Shown here piece after piece: positions 18,953-28,844 of a DNA stretch of 64,000 nt (the first letter of the stretch is position 1; each line of letters begins with the position of its first letter). The notes under the pieces were generated by a model. It was not told the origin of the DNA. It made no database searches and was given only the letters and a program-made list of their open reading frames with translations. Source of the stretch: Terriglobia bacterium (GTDB taxonomy: Bacteria > Acidobacteriota > Terriglobia > 2-12-FULL-54-10); the NCBI GenBank assembly GCA_963666975.2, contig CAXVYR010000004.1, forward strand, positions 416,001 through 480,000. The letters run 5' to 3'. The position numbers and the translations under genes were made by a program.

Positions 18953-20047
18953 TCACTGCATGGACACCTGGGCGTCTTCGCCCTCATATTCGGCAATCTG
19001 TTTAGCGGCGGTGAATTCTTCTAATCGCCGCATTTCTGCGAATTGATGCTCCTCTGTCGGGTGAACGTATCGGAGCACCATCTGGATGCGCGAGTGCCCG
19101 AGCATTGCCGCTAAGGTCACAAGATCCATACCCGACATGGCCGCTCTGGTGGCCCAGGTGTGCCTCAAATCATACAGCCGGAAATAATTCACCTTGCTCT
19201 CCGTGAGTGCCAGCGTGTGTGCGTTATTCATTTTCAGGATGGGCCGGTTGGGATCGGTCCGCCCGGGAAAAGCGTAAGGGCTGCCATTGGCGGCGCTCAA
19301 ACGCTTTTTGAGAACTTCCCGAGCAGTCCTGTTCAGCCGAATCTTCCGTTTCGCCGCTTTGGTTTTTCCGTAAGGGTTGAAGAGGTAACTCTCCTTGAGG
19401 TGCACGTTCTCAACCCGGATTCGGTAAACTTCGTCCGGGCGCATACCCGTTTCCAGCATGATGACAGCCACGTCCTTGAGCGGTTGAGAGGCATTCGCAA
19501 GATATTTCCGCTGCTCTTTATAATTCAGCACGCGGGTTTGTTCGTTGTCTTCCTCTAGGAAATTTACGCGGCTGACCGGATTCTTAAGAACCACGTCGCC
19601 CTTTATTGCAAAGTTGAAAAGGGCCTTTAGGCAAGCCAATTCCCTGTTCACCGTGGCAGGCCGTAGTTTCTTTCCGGTTAACTGGCCGGTTTGTTCTCCT
19701 CGCTCTGCCTTGAACTTTTCCACATCTTCCGGAGTAATCCTATCGAGAGGCGCGTCTTTGAAATGCCGCAGGAGAGCCTTGCTGCTCGTGACGTAACGAA
19801 CATGAGTGCGCGGGTGCGCCCTGTGCTCCGTCCCAGACCACGCAAGGAAAGATTTCATCGCGCCTCGGAAGAAGGGAATGGATTTTGGCTCCATGATCCC
19901 CACCTCTCCCTTCGCAAGTGCGGTGCGACAGGCAGCTTCTATCTGCCGGGCCACTCGCGGATTGCCTTGCTTGGTGCTTTTCTGGACGTGCAGGCCGTTG
20001 AAAACGAAATGATACCAGTACGTCTTGCCTCGTTTGAAAATTGCCAT
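18953..20047 (-). CDS. Tyrosine recombinase (phage-type integrase)
   Basis: Arm-binding N-terminus (FKRGKTYWY), ETGMR, YDLRHT, LGH..RY catalytic Tyr; tandem TGTAGCGG repeats between the tRNA and the gene. Confidence 0.95.
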   Translation of the reverse strand: MAIFKRGKTYWYHFVFNGLHVQKSTKQGNPRVARQIEAACRTALAKGEVGIMEPKSIPFFRGAMKSFLAWSGTEHRAHPRTHVRYVTSSKALLRHFKDAPLDRITPEDVEKFKAERGEQTGQLTGKKLRPATVNRELACLKALFNFAIKGDVVLKNPVSRVNFLEEDNEQTRVLNYKEQRKYLANASQPLKDVAVIMLETGMRPDEVYRIRVENVHLKESYLFNPYGKTKAAKRKIRLNRTAREVLKKRLSAANGSPYAFPGRTDPNRPILKMNNAHTLALTESKVNYFRLYDLRHTWATRAAMSGMDLVTLAAMLGHSRIQMVLRYVHPTEEHQFAEMRRLEEFTAAKQIAEYEGEDAQVSMQ

Positions 20048-20282
20048 AATTACCTCCTAGCTAGATGAAATTTGGCTAAAGTCTTCTTCCCCATGATGGT
20101 GGCTCCCAGGGACGCTTTTCTAGGAGCGTGGTGATCTTTAATCTTTCCCGCGACGACCGTGAAGTCCTCGGATTAGGCGAACACGTCGCACCTGTCCACT
20201 TTCCCGACGCCGGTGACGACGCGAGGGCGGCCAGCTTCGAGATGCTCAAGAATCCCCCGGCGGCGTTTGTAGAATCCGAGGC

Positions 20283-20768
20283 TTATGCCTGCACCGCCAT
20301 CTGACTCTTGATGGCTCTGAGCATTGTCGTGACCGGTGCCGTGTTACCTGCCAGCATGTCTCGGCGGAGTTGTTCAGCTTTATCCTGGCCGAACATCTCC
20401 CTCACCAACTTGTCCAGTTCGATCACGCGCCGTAGAGTTCTGCCGGAAACTCTCGCCTCCGCTCCCGCCCTGTCGGTTAACCTGCCTAAGCGTTCTCGCT
20501 TGTGGGCCACGTGGCCCACTTTATCTGGAACGCTTTGGGTTCTGCCAAGCCATGCCAGTTTCCTGCATCGCGCCGTACAGTATTTCTTTGCTGAGCCGCG
20601 CCGTCTGCGTTGTGGGAGAGAGACACCGCAGTTAAGACAAACGACACCATCATGACGATCATCGTCCCCGAGCATGGCCGGAACCGCCTCCATGGGCAAC
20701 GAGGAAACCCGCTCCGGGTGCTCCAGTAGTTCGCTCAATCGTGGGATTGGAACGTGGTTCCTAGACAT
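20283..20768 (-). CDS. Hypothetical protein with CxxC..YCxxxC zinc-finger-like motif
   Basis: CLNC..KKYCTARC; RBS GGAAGG. Confidence 0.55.
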   Translation of the reverse strand: MSRNHVPIPRLSELLEHPERVSSLPMEAVPAMLGDDDRHDGVVCLNCGVSLPQRRRRGSAKKYCTARCRKLAWLGRTQSVPDKVGHVAHKRERLGRLTDRAGAEARVSGRTLRRVIELDKLVREMFGQDKAEQLRRDMLAGNTAPVTTMLRAIKSQMAVQA

Positions 20769-20804
20769 TGGACACCTTCCGCTTAGGTTTATTTTGGCTT
20801 GGTT

Positions 20805-20867
20805 TTAGTCGCACCACCACACTCCGCCACGCTTGTATAGGCCACGGTTTCTTTTGTTGTTTGCCAT
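20805..20867 (-). other. 20-codon ORF resembling an integrase arm-binding N-terminus
   Basis: MANNKRNRGLYKRGGVWWCD-stop preceded by a GAGGAG RBS. Confidence 0.5.
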
Positions 20868-20868
20868 T

Positions 20869-21447
20869 TCACTTTCTCCTCTTTTCGGATTTACTTCGAC
20901 TGGCTTTCTCGCCAAAAAGGTTTTGATCCGTTTGCCATCCTGCAATGGAGAGATCAAGCGAATCCAGGATCACTCCTAGGTGTATAAAAAAGGCGAGCCA
21001 CTTAAAAAGCCGCGTAAACCATCTAACGTCCCGAACAAGGCTGGCCAATTCAGCCTTTGTTAGATGACGAATCGGGGGGATATTAACCCTTACCCCGTCA
21101 AACTTACGGGGTAAAGGAGACGCCACACACGCTAGATAAACCTGCCGGTTCTTCTTTTGCAAAAGGTCGGAATGCTCCAGCAGATACGAGAGAACCTTCT
21201 TGGTTAGCCGGGGCTGTAGTCCCGCCTCCATCAGGTTTGCGGCAACCCCCAACAGATAGACCTCTTCGAGTGCATAAAGATTTGCCGCTCCCTTTCTGCC
21301 CGGTGCGCGAATGGATGGCTCAATCTGAAAAGGATTTCCCTTGCTCCAATTGCGCACTAGCGCGGGCGATATCTCCAGGATTTCGGCAATCTCCCGGCGA
21401 TCAAAGACTATCAATCGATGTCTGTTACGGGTGTTTGGGGTTGACAT
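20869..21447 (-). CDS. MerR-like HTH protein, probable element repressor
   Basis: FDRREIAEILEISPALVRNW..NLYALEEV; divergent from the xis genes. Confidence 0.7.
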   Translation of the reverse strand: MSTPNTRNRHRLIVFDRREIAEILEISPALVRNWSKGNPFQIEPSIRAPGRKGAANLYALEEVYLLGVAANLMEAGLQPRLTKKVLSYLLEHSDLLQKKNRQVYLACVASPLPRKFDGVRVNIPPIRHLTKAELASLVRDVRWFTRLFKWLAFFIHLGVILDSLDLSIAGWQTDQNLFGEKASRSKSEKRRK

Positions 21448-21526
21448 TTGGACTCCAGTATGCTAATGTAATCCAAGAAGTATAAAAATAGACTATTAAG
21501 TCCATCTCTAACCTAGGAAATTTTAT

Positions 21527-21769
21527 ATGAGGTCGAATGAGATGTCAATAGAAATTTTGGCGATGGGTCTGAAAGAAGCTGCCGAAGCTGTGGGGCTCAG
21601 CCATTGGACCCTCAGAAAGCTAATCGCGGAAGACAAGCTGTCCGCCTTCCGGGTGGGGCGTCGGGTTTTGGTGGAACCGGAGGCCCTGCGGCAATTGGTC
21701 GAACGCGGCAAGGAAACTACGGAAACTCCCGGGCCAAGTGGAACCTCTCAAATGCAAGTGAAAGGATGA
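21527..21769 (+). CDS. Excisionase-like HTH protein
   Basis: LKEAAEAVGLSHWTLRKLIAEDKLSAFRVGRRVLV. Confidence 0.85.
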   Translation: MRSNEMSIEILAMGLKEAAEAVGLSHWTLRKLIAEDKLSAFRVGRRVLVEPEALRQLVERGKETTETPGPSGTSQMQVKG

Positions 21770-22041
21770 TCGAGTATATGGAGACAATCATGCCGGAACC
21801 CGAAACGGGAACACCACCGACGCTAACCAAACCAGTCGCACCCTTAGCCGTCACCATCCCGGAGGCTGCCCGGTTGCTGGGCCTGTCGCCGCATACAATC
21901 CGATTTTACGTCCGTAAGGGCAAGATCACCCCTGTCCGTTTCGGGCGTCGCGTCTCCATCCCGATGACGGAGATCGAGCGTCTGGCCCGCGAGGGTGTCC
22001 CGGCGAATCCAGAGACCCCCAGCAAGGAGGCAATCCAATGA
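21766..22041 (+). CDS. Second excisionase-like HTH protein
   Basis: VTIPEAARLLGLSPHTIRFYVRKGKITPVRFGRRVSIP; ATGA overlap with the previous gene. Confidence 0.85.
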   Translation: MIEYMETIMPEPETGTPPTLTKPVAPLAVTIPEAARLLGLSPHTIRFYVRKGKITPVRFGRRVSIPMTEIERLAREGVPANPETPSKEAIQ

Positions 22042-22253
22042 GCATGACGGGAATGGCGAGCACTAGCCCCCACAGAGACACCAACTCCATGAAAACCGTG
22101 CCTGAAGTCTTGCACGATTTGGAGGGGCAACGATTTTACGGCTCCGTAGAAATCAAGTATGAGGCAGGGCGAGTCGTCCTGCTGCGAAAGACCGAAACCA
22201 TCAAACCCGACCATCGGGACAACCGAGGTATCAAAGATGAGCACGGCACCTGA
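22038..22253 (+). CDS. Small DUF2292/YezD-like protein
   Basis: FYGSVEIKYEAGRVVLLRKTETIK; ATGA coupling. Confidence 0.6.
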   Translation: MSMTGMASTSPHRDTNSMKTVPEVLHDLEGQRFYGSVEIKYEAGRVVLLRKTETIKPDHRDNRGIKDEHGT

Positions 22254-24174
22254 ACGAACCAGCCCTACACAAAATGGAGCCGAGAATCTACCGCCTGATG
22301 GTGTTTTTCCCGCTACTATTCGCCACTTGGGGCTCATGGGCAACAAGGTGGCACTTATGTTCGAGGTAGAGTGGGGCGACGGGGATCTGCATCGCTTTGA
22401 TCGACGAGTTAATCCACGCTCGAATAGCGGCAGGAAGTTGCTTCTTGCCGTGCGAATCAGTGCAGGTCTCTCGGATAAAGCGGATGACTCATCACTTGAA
22501 GGCAAGCGAATTTCGATCAAAGGAGAGCGAGCATACCGTGGCGGGACACTCGATTGGGTTGCGAAGCGTTTTCTACAGTTGGGGGAGCCCAGAGCGAGTG
22601 AGGTAGCTGAACCAGGGATTCAGCCAGATGAAAAGGACGCCCTCGCTGACCGGATGTTGAGGCACATGACAGACGCCAAATTCACCCGTGAAGGTGACGA
22701 CGTGATGATACTGCTCCCCGGCAGGAGCCCGATTCCCATTGACCCTAATTCGGATGATTACGGCTTGCTCCAGCATCAGCACACAGGTGTGGGAACACGG
22801 GAATATAAAGGGAAGGTTGTGGCACAAAGGGTGAAGTTCTTGGCAATGGCAAAGGCGGGTAGCTTCCGCACTGTTCAGTTTTCCTATGCCGACCAAGAGC
22901 AGGTATTGGTGCCGGTGGAAGGCGGAAAGGTCTTGCGCATAGGCGCAGATGGTTTCTCCATCTTGGAGAACGGCGCAAATGGATTTTGGCTTGCTCATCC
23001 CCGAAAAAACCCTTTGCCATGGCAGCCCGATGCCGATCCTCGTGAGGGGTTGGATAAGTTTGAGGAATTGCTGATCCAGACGCAACCCATCCCAATCGAA
23101 CCTATGCGCTTCATTCTGGGGTATGCGCTAGGCATCTTCCCATTTCTACGCCAGCTTGCGACCACGCGACCGATTTCGGAGCTGGGCGGCAGGCATGGGG
23201 AGGGCAAGACCTCAACCGGCCAGCGATACTTGACGCAGCACAGGCTGGGTAAAGTGAAGGGCAATTACTCATTGGCCCTGCGCGAACGTGATGGTGACGT
23301 AGGTTTGACCGTTATCGACAATGTGGAGACAGCGGACCTCAATAGGCACATAGAGAACTCGTTGTTGTACGCAGCCACTGGCGGCGAGTGGGGTAGAGTA
23401 GGGGCCGGGGCGAACTCAAATCATCCGGTCATCGCCGTGACTACTGTGGAGGGCGTTGCGAGGCGTCCAGAAACGGCCCGGCGTCTACTCAATCTCGACT
23501 TCCAGCGTGAGCACAAGGCTTGGCCGGAGGGTCAAATACTCGCCGATATCGAAAAACACGGCGGGCTAATCTTTCGGGGAATTGCAGAGGTGATTCGACT
23601 CACTATGGCCCAAGACCCAGTTCTTGAAACCAACATCATCCCCATGGTGGACTTCACCGACTACTGTCTTCTCGCCTATCGAGCATTGAGAGCCTACGAG
23701 CAAGTGGCCGAGAAACCTGCTGGTTTTGCCGACTCAATTTTTGAGGCATGGAACGATCAACAACATACCGACGAAGGAGAGGATTCGGCAGGCTCCTATC
23801 CGCGCTTACTGGATACATTGACGGCTCGGCAAGATGTGGGAAGCTTTGAGGACCTTGTTTACGGCCAGATTCAACGAAAGTCGAACTACACTCACGGCCA
23901 GGTCACGGGGGATTTGTTTGTGGCCTCGCCTAACGATTGGCTCACAGCGTTGAAGGATGTCGCATCCAGGGATCGGCACCATGGCCCGCTGCCAGGACGA
24001 CCTGAAGGGTTGCGCAGGCGGCTTGAGGGCTTAAACATTGAGGCCCACGGGTACAAGCTCCTCACGGACAAAGACGACAAGGACACCTTGGCCCGCCGTG
24101 GGTCGCGTCGGTTGTGGGGCATCCTGAAGGTGTCACTAGACAACCGTCAGTTGATAACTCGTTGCCATCATTAG
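22237..24174 (+). CDS. Putative replication protein (P-loop helicase-like)
   Basis: Walker A GRHGEGKTS, Walker B LTVIDN; sits between the xis genes and the iterons. Confidence 0.7.
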   Translation: MSTAPERTSPTQNGAENLPPDGVFPATIRHLGLMGNKVALMFEVEWGDGDLHRFDRRVNPRSNSGRKLLLAVRISAGLSDKADDSSLEGKRISIKGERAYRGGTLDWVAKRFLQLGEPRASEVAEPGIQPDEKDALADRMLRHMTDAKFTREGDDVMILLPGRSPIPIDPNSDDYGLLQHQHTGVGTREYKGKVVAQRVKFLAMAKAGSFRTVQFSYADQEQVLVPVEGGKVLRIGADGFSILENGANGFWLAHPRKNPLPWQPDADPREGLDKFEELLIQTQPIPIEPMRFILGYALGIFPFLRQLATTRPISELGGRHGEGKTSTGQRYLTQHRLGKVKGNYSLALRERDGDVGLTVIDNVETADLNRHIENSLLYAATGGEWGRVGAGANSNHPVIAVTTVEGVARRPETARRLLNLDFQREHKAWPEGQILADIEKHGGLIFRGIAEVIRLTMAQDPVLETNIIPMVDFTDYCLLAYRALRAYEQVAEKPAGFADSIFEAWNDQQHTDEGEDSAGSYPRLLDTLTARQDVGSFEDLVYGQIQRKSNYTHGQVTGDLFVASPNDWLTALKDVASRDRHHGPLPGRPEGLRRRLEGLNIEAHGYKLLTDKDDKDTLARRGSRRLWGILKVSLDNRQLITRCHH

Positions 24175-24450
24175 ATGAGTTAGTGGCCTCGCCTAACGAT
24201 TGGCTAGCGTTGAAGGATGTCGCATCCAGGGATCGGCACCATGGCCCGCTGCCAGGACGACCTGAAGGGTTGCGCAGGCGGCTTGAGGGCTTAAACATTG
24301 AGGCCCACGGGTACAAGCTCCTCACGGAGACGACAAGGACACCTTGGCCCGCCGTGAAGGGAAAATATCGCGTCGGTTGTGGGGCATCCTGAAGGTGTCA
24401 CTAGACGAACCGTCACTTGATAACTCGTTGATATTAGATGAGTTAGTGGC
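23920..24450 (+). repeat. Tandem ~263-bp duplication of the rep gene 3' end; second copy has indels
   Basis: GTGGCCTCGCCTAACGATTGG starts at 23920 and at 24183. Confidence 0.95.
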
Positions 24451-24453
24451 TAA

Positions 24454-24631
24454 ATGACGGTAGTGACGGTTCTTTTCAGGTAGAGGCGGTATATATTATC
24501 AAACACATAACAGTAAACATCTCTTCTTCTTCTCTTCTTCTTCTTAAAACAACTGTCACTACTGTCACTAAATTGAATAACTTCTATTGTTATAATAAGT
24601 TACATCGGTGACGGTTGAGGTGACAGTAGCA
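24454..24631. repeat. Putative origin: GTGAC/GTCAC iterons around an AT-rich tract; continues after the IS at ~26081-26110
   Basis: TGACGGTAGTGACGG, CTGTCACTACTGTCAC, GGTGACGGTTGAGGTGACAG directly after the rep-like gene. Confidence 0.65.
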
Positions 24632-26080
24632 GAGGGTGTCCCATACATAGTTGAAGGTTGAACGGCGGTTCGGCCCGAATCGAATAGAATCGGGCCAAGC
24701 CTAAATCCTATAGAAGGAGAACCGCCGAATGAAGGGAAAATATCACGTTTTGGAACTGGGTTCCAAGGGAGCCGAAGAAACCATCCAGAAGTTTTGCCAA
24801 ACCAACGGACAGATGCTGTTGCCGGTGGTGGATCTGATCACGGAGGCGCGTCTGGCGTTGGATGAGGTGATTGATCGGGCCGGGCGAGGTTTGATTGAAA
24901 CGATTCTGAGCATGAGCGCAGAGCAAATCGCGGGGCCAAAGAGTCCCGGGAAGGCGAGCGGAGAGGTGCGCTGGCATGGCCGGCAATTGGGGAGGGTGAA
25001 ACTGGCCGATCGCCAGCTGCGGGTGGAGCGGCCCCGGCTGCGCCGGAAGGGCGGAGGGGAAGAAGCGGTGCCGGCCTACGAAGCACTGCGGAAAAGCGAG
25101 AAGACGGGCGAGGAGATGTTCGAGGCACTGTTGAAAGGGGTTTCGACGCGGAACTACCGCGAGGTGATCCCGGAGATGGCCAACAGCGCTGGGGTGTCGA
25201 AGTCTCAGGTGAGCCGGGAAGCGGCCGAGCAAGGAGCGCGGCGGCTGGAAGAACTGTTGGCGCGGCGCTGGGAGGAGGTCGAGATTCTGGTGATTTACCT
25301 GGACGGAATGCGGTTCGGCTCCCACCACGTCATCAGCGCCGTGGGCGTGGACAGCGAGGGCCGCAAGCATGTGCTGGGGATTCAACTGGGCGCGACCGAA
25401 AACGCCGCTGCGGTGAAAGACCTTCTCACCCGCCTGCGCCAGCAAGGTTTGCGCACGGATCAGCGCTATCTGTTTGTGATCGACGGCGCCAAAGCGCTCC
25501 GCGCGGGGATCGAGGAAGTATTCGGCAGCAATCAGCTGGTGCAGCGTTGCCGTACTCATAAGCTGCGCAACGTGGCTGAGCGGTTACCAAAGGGCGACAA
25601 AATGCTGGCGAATCAGGTGCGGTCGCTGATGCGCGCCGCCTGGCGATTGCCCCAAGCCGAGGAAGGCATCGTGCGCATAAAGAAGCTCGCTGGGATGATC
25701 GAGTGCGATCATCCGGCAGCAGCCGCCAGCTTGCGCGAAGGGTTGGAGGAGACCTTTACGATCAATCGAGCCGACGTTCCTCCCAGCCTCCACCGCTGCC
25801 TGGCAACCACGAACCTCATCGAGAGCCCGCAGTCGGGCGTGCGGAAAAAGACTGGCAATGTTTGCCGCTGGCGCGACGGCGAGATGACGTTGCGCTGGGT
25901 GGCAGGAGCGTTTCTGCTGACCGAGAAGAATTTCCGGAAGATCATGGGTTATCACGATCTCTGGGCTTTGGCATCGATTCTCGGCCGAAGTCCAAACGCT
26001 GCTTCCTCTCACAAGGAGAAAGTGGCGTAATATGAACTCAACCCGCCGTCCCAATCTGCAACTGAGTTTGGGACACCTTC
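24632..26080 (+). mobile_element. IS256-family insertion sequence, complete
   Basis: Ends GAGGGTGTCCCA / TGGGACACCTTC; 8-bp target duplication CAGTAGCA (24624-24631 and 26081-26088). Confidence 0.95.
24729..26030 (+). CDS. IS256 (Mutator-type) DDE transposase
   Basis: GVSTRNY, IYLDG, VIDG, QRCRTH, TTNLIES. Confidence 0.95.
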   Translation: MKGKYHVLELGSKGAEETIQKFCQTNGQMLLPVVDLITEARLALDEVIDRAGRGLIETILSMSAEQIAGPKSPGKASGEVRWHGRQLGRVKLADRQLRVERPRLRRKGGGEEAVPAYEALRKSEKTGEEMFEALLKGVSTRNYREVIPEMANSAGVSKSQVSREAAEQGARRLEELLARRWEEVEILVIYLDGMRFGSHHVISAVGVDSEGRKHVLGIQLGATENAAAVKDLLTRLRQQGLRTDQRYLFVIDGAKALRAGIEEVFGSNQLVQRCRTHKLRNVAERLPKGDKMLANQVRSLMRAAWRLPQAEEGIVRIKKLAGMIECDHPAAAASLREGLEETFTINRADVPPSLHRCLATTNLIESPQSGVRKKTGNVCRWRDGEMTLRWVAGAFLLTEKNFRKIMGYHDLWALASILGRSPNAASSHKEKVA

Positions 26081-26277
26081 CAGTAGCATTTTGAACTGTC
26101 ATTGCGTCATCCCACTGGTAAAAGCACTACCCCACTATCGAGGCTGACCTGCCAGAACACCACCCGCAGGACTAGAGCTTATCGACCCGAAATCCCGCTT
26201 CGCGGAACCACACCCCCGGCATCCAGACCCGCCGGGAGATTTACCCCAACCTCAAAACTGAAAGGAACACGACAGCT

Positions 26278-26886
26278 ATGTCTTATGAATCAAATCATGA
26301 TTGGAATATTGGAAATGCCTTCGACCTCACCGAAGAGGCTCGTTACGAACTAGAGGAACTGGCACTGCCGAAGTTGCGAAAGCTGGCCCGGGGGCTGCCA
26401 GAACCCGAACAGAGAGAACTATTGAATGTGTGTGGCGAACACATCGGTTACTCGATGGCCTTGGTTCGATCCGCGAGTGGCTGGCTCGGCCAAGTTGTTC
26501 CACCCAGCGAGTGTGTTCAAGAGGGGCATCGTAGGCGCTACAAGCCCCTGATCGAAACCCCGAAGACCCTGCCCGCTGAGATCAGCAAGCAGGTATTTCA
26601 CTACGAGCAAGCTCTCCTGACCGCTGTCCAGCCAACCACACGCCGCCGCCACGGGAACCTGCTCTGGAAGTTCTTTGACCGCTTCAGGGCCCATAAGCGG
26701 GTGGAGGAGTTCCGTCCCGCCGACATTGAGAGCTATCGAGAGCAACGTCGGGGCGAGGGTGCCAAGCCAGCGACCATTGAGGCGGAGATCTCCATTGTGC
26801 GGGCCTTCTTCGCCTGGGCGATGGAGCGGAACAACAGGATCACATGTAACCCTGCGCAGCGGCTAAAGCCTCAGGCTGTAAGGTAA
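26278..26886 (+). CDS. Protein with integrase N-terminal SAM-like (core-binding) domain only
   Basis: EFRPADIESYREQRRGEGAKPATIEAEISIVRAFFAWA..NPA then stop; no catalytic domain. Confidence 0.7.
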   Translation: MSYESNHDWNIGNAFDLTEEARYELEELALPKLRKLARGLPEPEQRELLNVCGEHIGYSMALVRSASGWLGQVVPPSECVQEGHRRRYKPLIETPKTLPAEISKQVFHYEQALLTAVQPTTRRRHGNLLWKFFDRFRAHKRVEEFRPADIESYREQRRGEGAKPATIEAEISIVRAFFAWAMERNNRITCNPAQRLKPQAVR

Positions 26887-27042
26887 ACTTCCTCAATCAT
26901 CCGGCACAAATTATCGGCCCGGTAACAAGATTTAACATATTGATAAATAAGTGGGTTATGAATTACCATTAAATTTGGTGGTGGCATCCCTGAACATTAC
27001 GCCTTCATCTGTGAATGTGACAGGAAAAGTGATTTTTTAGTC

Positions 27043-27081
27043 TTGACTATGTCAGAAAAAATATGTAATATTACTGACATA
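27043..27081 (+). promoter_or_regulatory. sigma70 promoter overlapped by an inverted-repeat operator (abiE operon)
   Basis: TTGACT-17 bp-TAATAT; TATGTCAG (27048-27055) / CTGACATA (27074-27081); RBS AAGGAGG. Confidence 0.8.
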
Positions 27082-27091
27082 AGGAGGAGTT

Positions 27092-27691
27092 ATGGAGCGA
27101 ACAGTCACAAGAGCCATTCGCAACCGAATACGAGCGAAGCAACGGGGCTGGGTGTTCACGCCCAAAGAATTTGCGGCTATCGGTCCTCGGACGGCAATCG
27201 ATCAAGCACTTTGCCGTCTACAGCAGAAGGGCATGGTCCGCAGACTCGCTCGGGGAATCTATGAGTATCCAAGATTTCACCCGCGAATCGGTATTCTTTC
27301 CCCATCAACGGAAGCAGTAGCTAAAGCCGTTGCAGCGAAAACAAGCAGTCGGCTTCTAGTTTCCCAAGCAAGAGCTGCGAATCTTCTAGGTCTGTCAACA
27401 CAGGTTCCTGCTCAAAATGTATTTCTCACTGAAGGTCCTTCCCGCATTCTGCAGATTGGGAATCAGACCATCGTTCTCAAGCACGCTGCTCAATCGAAAA
27501 TGATCTGGGCGAAGTCTGAAGCTGGGACTGTTATTCAAGCAGTGAGAGCTCTTGGTCCAAACGGCGTGAACGAAATACCGGTTACGTCAATTTCACAGAA
27601 GCTGCCTCCGGCAGTGAAATCTACCATCAAGCGCCTGCTGTCGGCGGCACCCGTCTGGGCACAGCCAGTTCTCAGCCGAATTGCTGCCTAA
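27092..27691 (+). CDS. abiEi: Type IV TA antitoxin, AbiEi-like (DUF6088)
   Basis: VFTPKEF..IDQALCRL..RRLARGIYEYP, AANLLGLSTQVPA. Confidence 0.9.
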   Translation: MERTVTRAIRNRIRAKQRGWVFTPKEFAAIGPRTAIDQALCRLQQKGMVRRLARGIYEYPRFHPRIGILSPSTEAVAKAVAAKTSSRLLVSQARAANLLGLSTQVPAQNVFLTEGPSRILQIGNQTIVLKHAAQSKMIWAKSEAGTVIQAVRALGPNGVNEIPVTSISQKLPPAVKSTIKRLLSAAPVWAQPVLSRIAA

Positions 27692-27696
27692 CTTGA

Positions 27697-28722
27697 ATGG
27701 ATAATTTTGCAAAACTCGCGGCGGCTGAACGGCAACCCTACGTCGAAGAAACCGCCAGCCGCCGAAATTCCACAAACCCCGCCATCGAAAAAGATTTCTG
27801 GGTCTGCTGGACGCTACAACACCTCTTTTCTCTCCAAGGCGTCCCTAAAATGACCTTCAAAGGTGGGACCTCTCTCTCAAAAGTTTTCGGGCTAATCCAT
27901 CGATTCTCAGAAGACATTGATATCTCCCTGGATCGAGCAGCATTTGGATTCACCGGCGAACGTGATTTAGCGAACAAGGACCTCTCGAATACGAGACGGA
28001 GGGAACTCGGCGAGGAACTCAGGGCCGCTATCCAAAATGCAGTGGTGAACGAAATACTTCCAAAGCTGAAAGCGAGCTTTGAATCCGTCATTGGCAAATC
28101 AAAGTGGGACCTTAAAGCATCGGACGAAAAGAAAGAAGAAATGACGCTCCTATTCTCTTATCCAAAGGCATTCGAGTACGAAGACTATCTCAGACCTCAG
28201 ATCAAGATCGAATTCGGTAGAGGCGATCAGTGGCCCAGCAGTCAATTTGCTATCTCTCCATATATCGCCGAAGAATTCGCTGACATATTCACCCCTCCAC
28301 GCACTGCAATTTCGGTCCTGAAGTGTGAACGAACATTTTGGGAGAAGGCGACGCTGCTCCATGCGGAAAATCATCGCCCCGATCCGACAACCCTAAAGCC
28401 GAGGATGTCACGTCACTGGTCAGACATCGCCGTCATCAGCACCGATCAGAAATTCACGGATGCACGGCTAGATTTCCAGTTGCTTGAAAAAGTAGTCGAA
28501 TTCAAGAAGGTCTATTTCGCTTCAAATTGGGCGAATTACGATTCGGCATGTCCTGGAACCTTGCGCATCGTGCCAAACACAGCCCTTGCCAAACAGCTGA
28601 GCGATGACTACAAGAGGATGGAGGAAATGTTCTTTGGGCAACCTCTCTCTTATGATGCAATGATTGAGCGGCTGCAAGTTCTCGAAAAAAGAATCAATGC
28701 CCTCCGAGCCGATTCGCCATGA
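27697..28722 (+). CDS. abiEii: Type IV TA nucleotidyltransferase toxin
   Basis: IEKDFWV, FKGGTSLSK, RFSEDID, ERTFWEK, RHWSD. Confidence 0.93.
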   Translation: MDNFAKLAAAERQPYVEETASRRNSTNPAIEKDFWVCWTLQHLFSLQGVPKMTFKGGTSLSKVFGLIHRFSEDIDISLDRAAFGFTGERDLANKDLSNTRRRELGEELRAAIQNAVVNEILPKLKASFESVIGKSKWDLKASDEKKEEMTLLFSYPKAFEYEDYLRPQIKIEFGRGDQWPSSQFAISPYIAEEFADIFTPPRTAISVLKCERTFWEKATLLHAENHRPDPTTLKPRMSRHWSDIAVISTDQKFTDARLDFQLLEKVVEFKKVYFASNWANYDSACPGTLRIVPNTALAKQLSDDYKRMEEMFFGQPLSYDAMIERLQVLEKRINALRADSP

Positions 28723-28844
28723 ACGCCCCGCCAAGCCCCCTGCCGGTATCGCGGCCTGACCCTTCGGATTCACAGCCCGGTTAAAACCCGTTTCCCTTGT
28801 CGCTTCGCCTGGTTTCTGGGAGAGGCTGATTCCTTAGCATCTTC

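Noticed and set aside
26930-26967. dif/pdif-like site (ATTTAACATAT resembles a XerD arm)
   Set aside because: No acceptable XerC arm at 6-bp spacing
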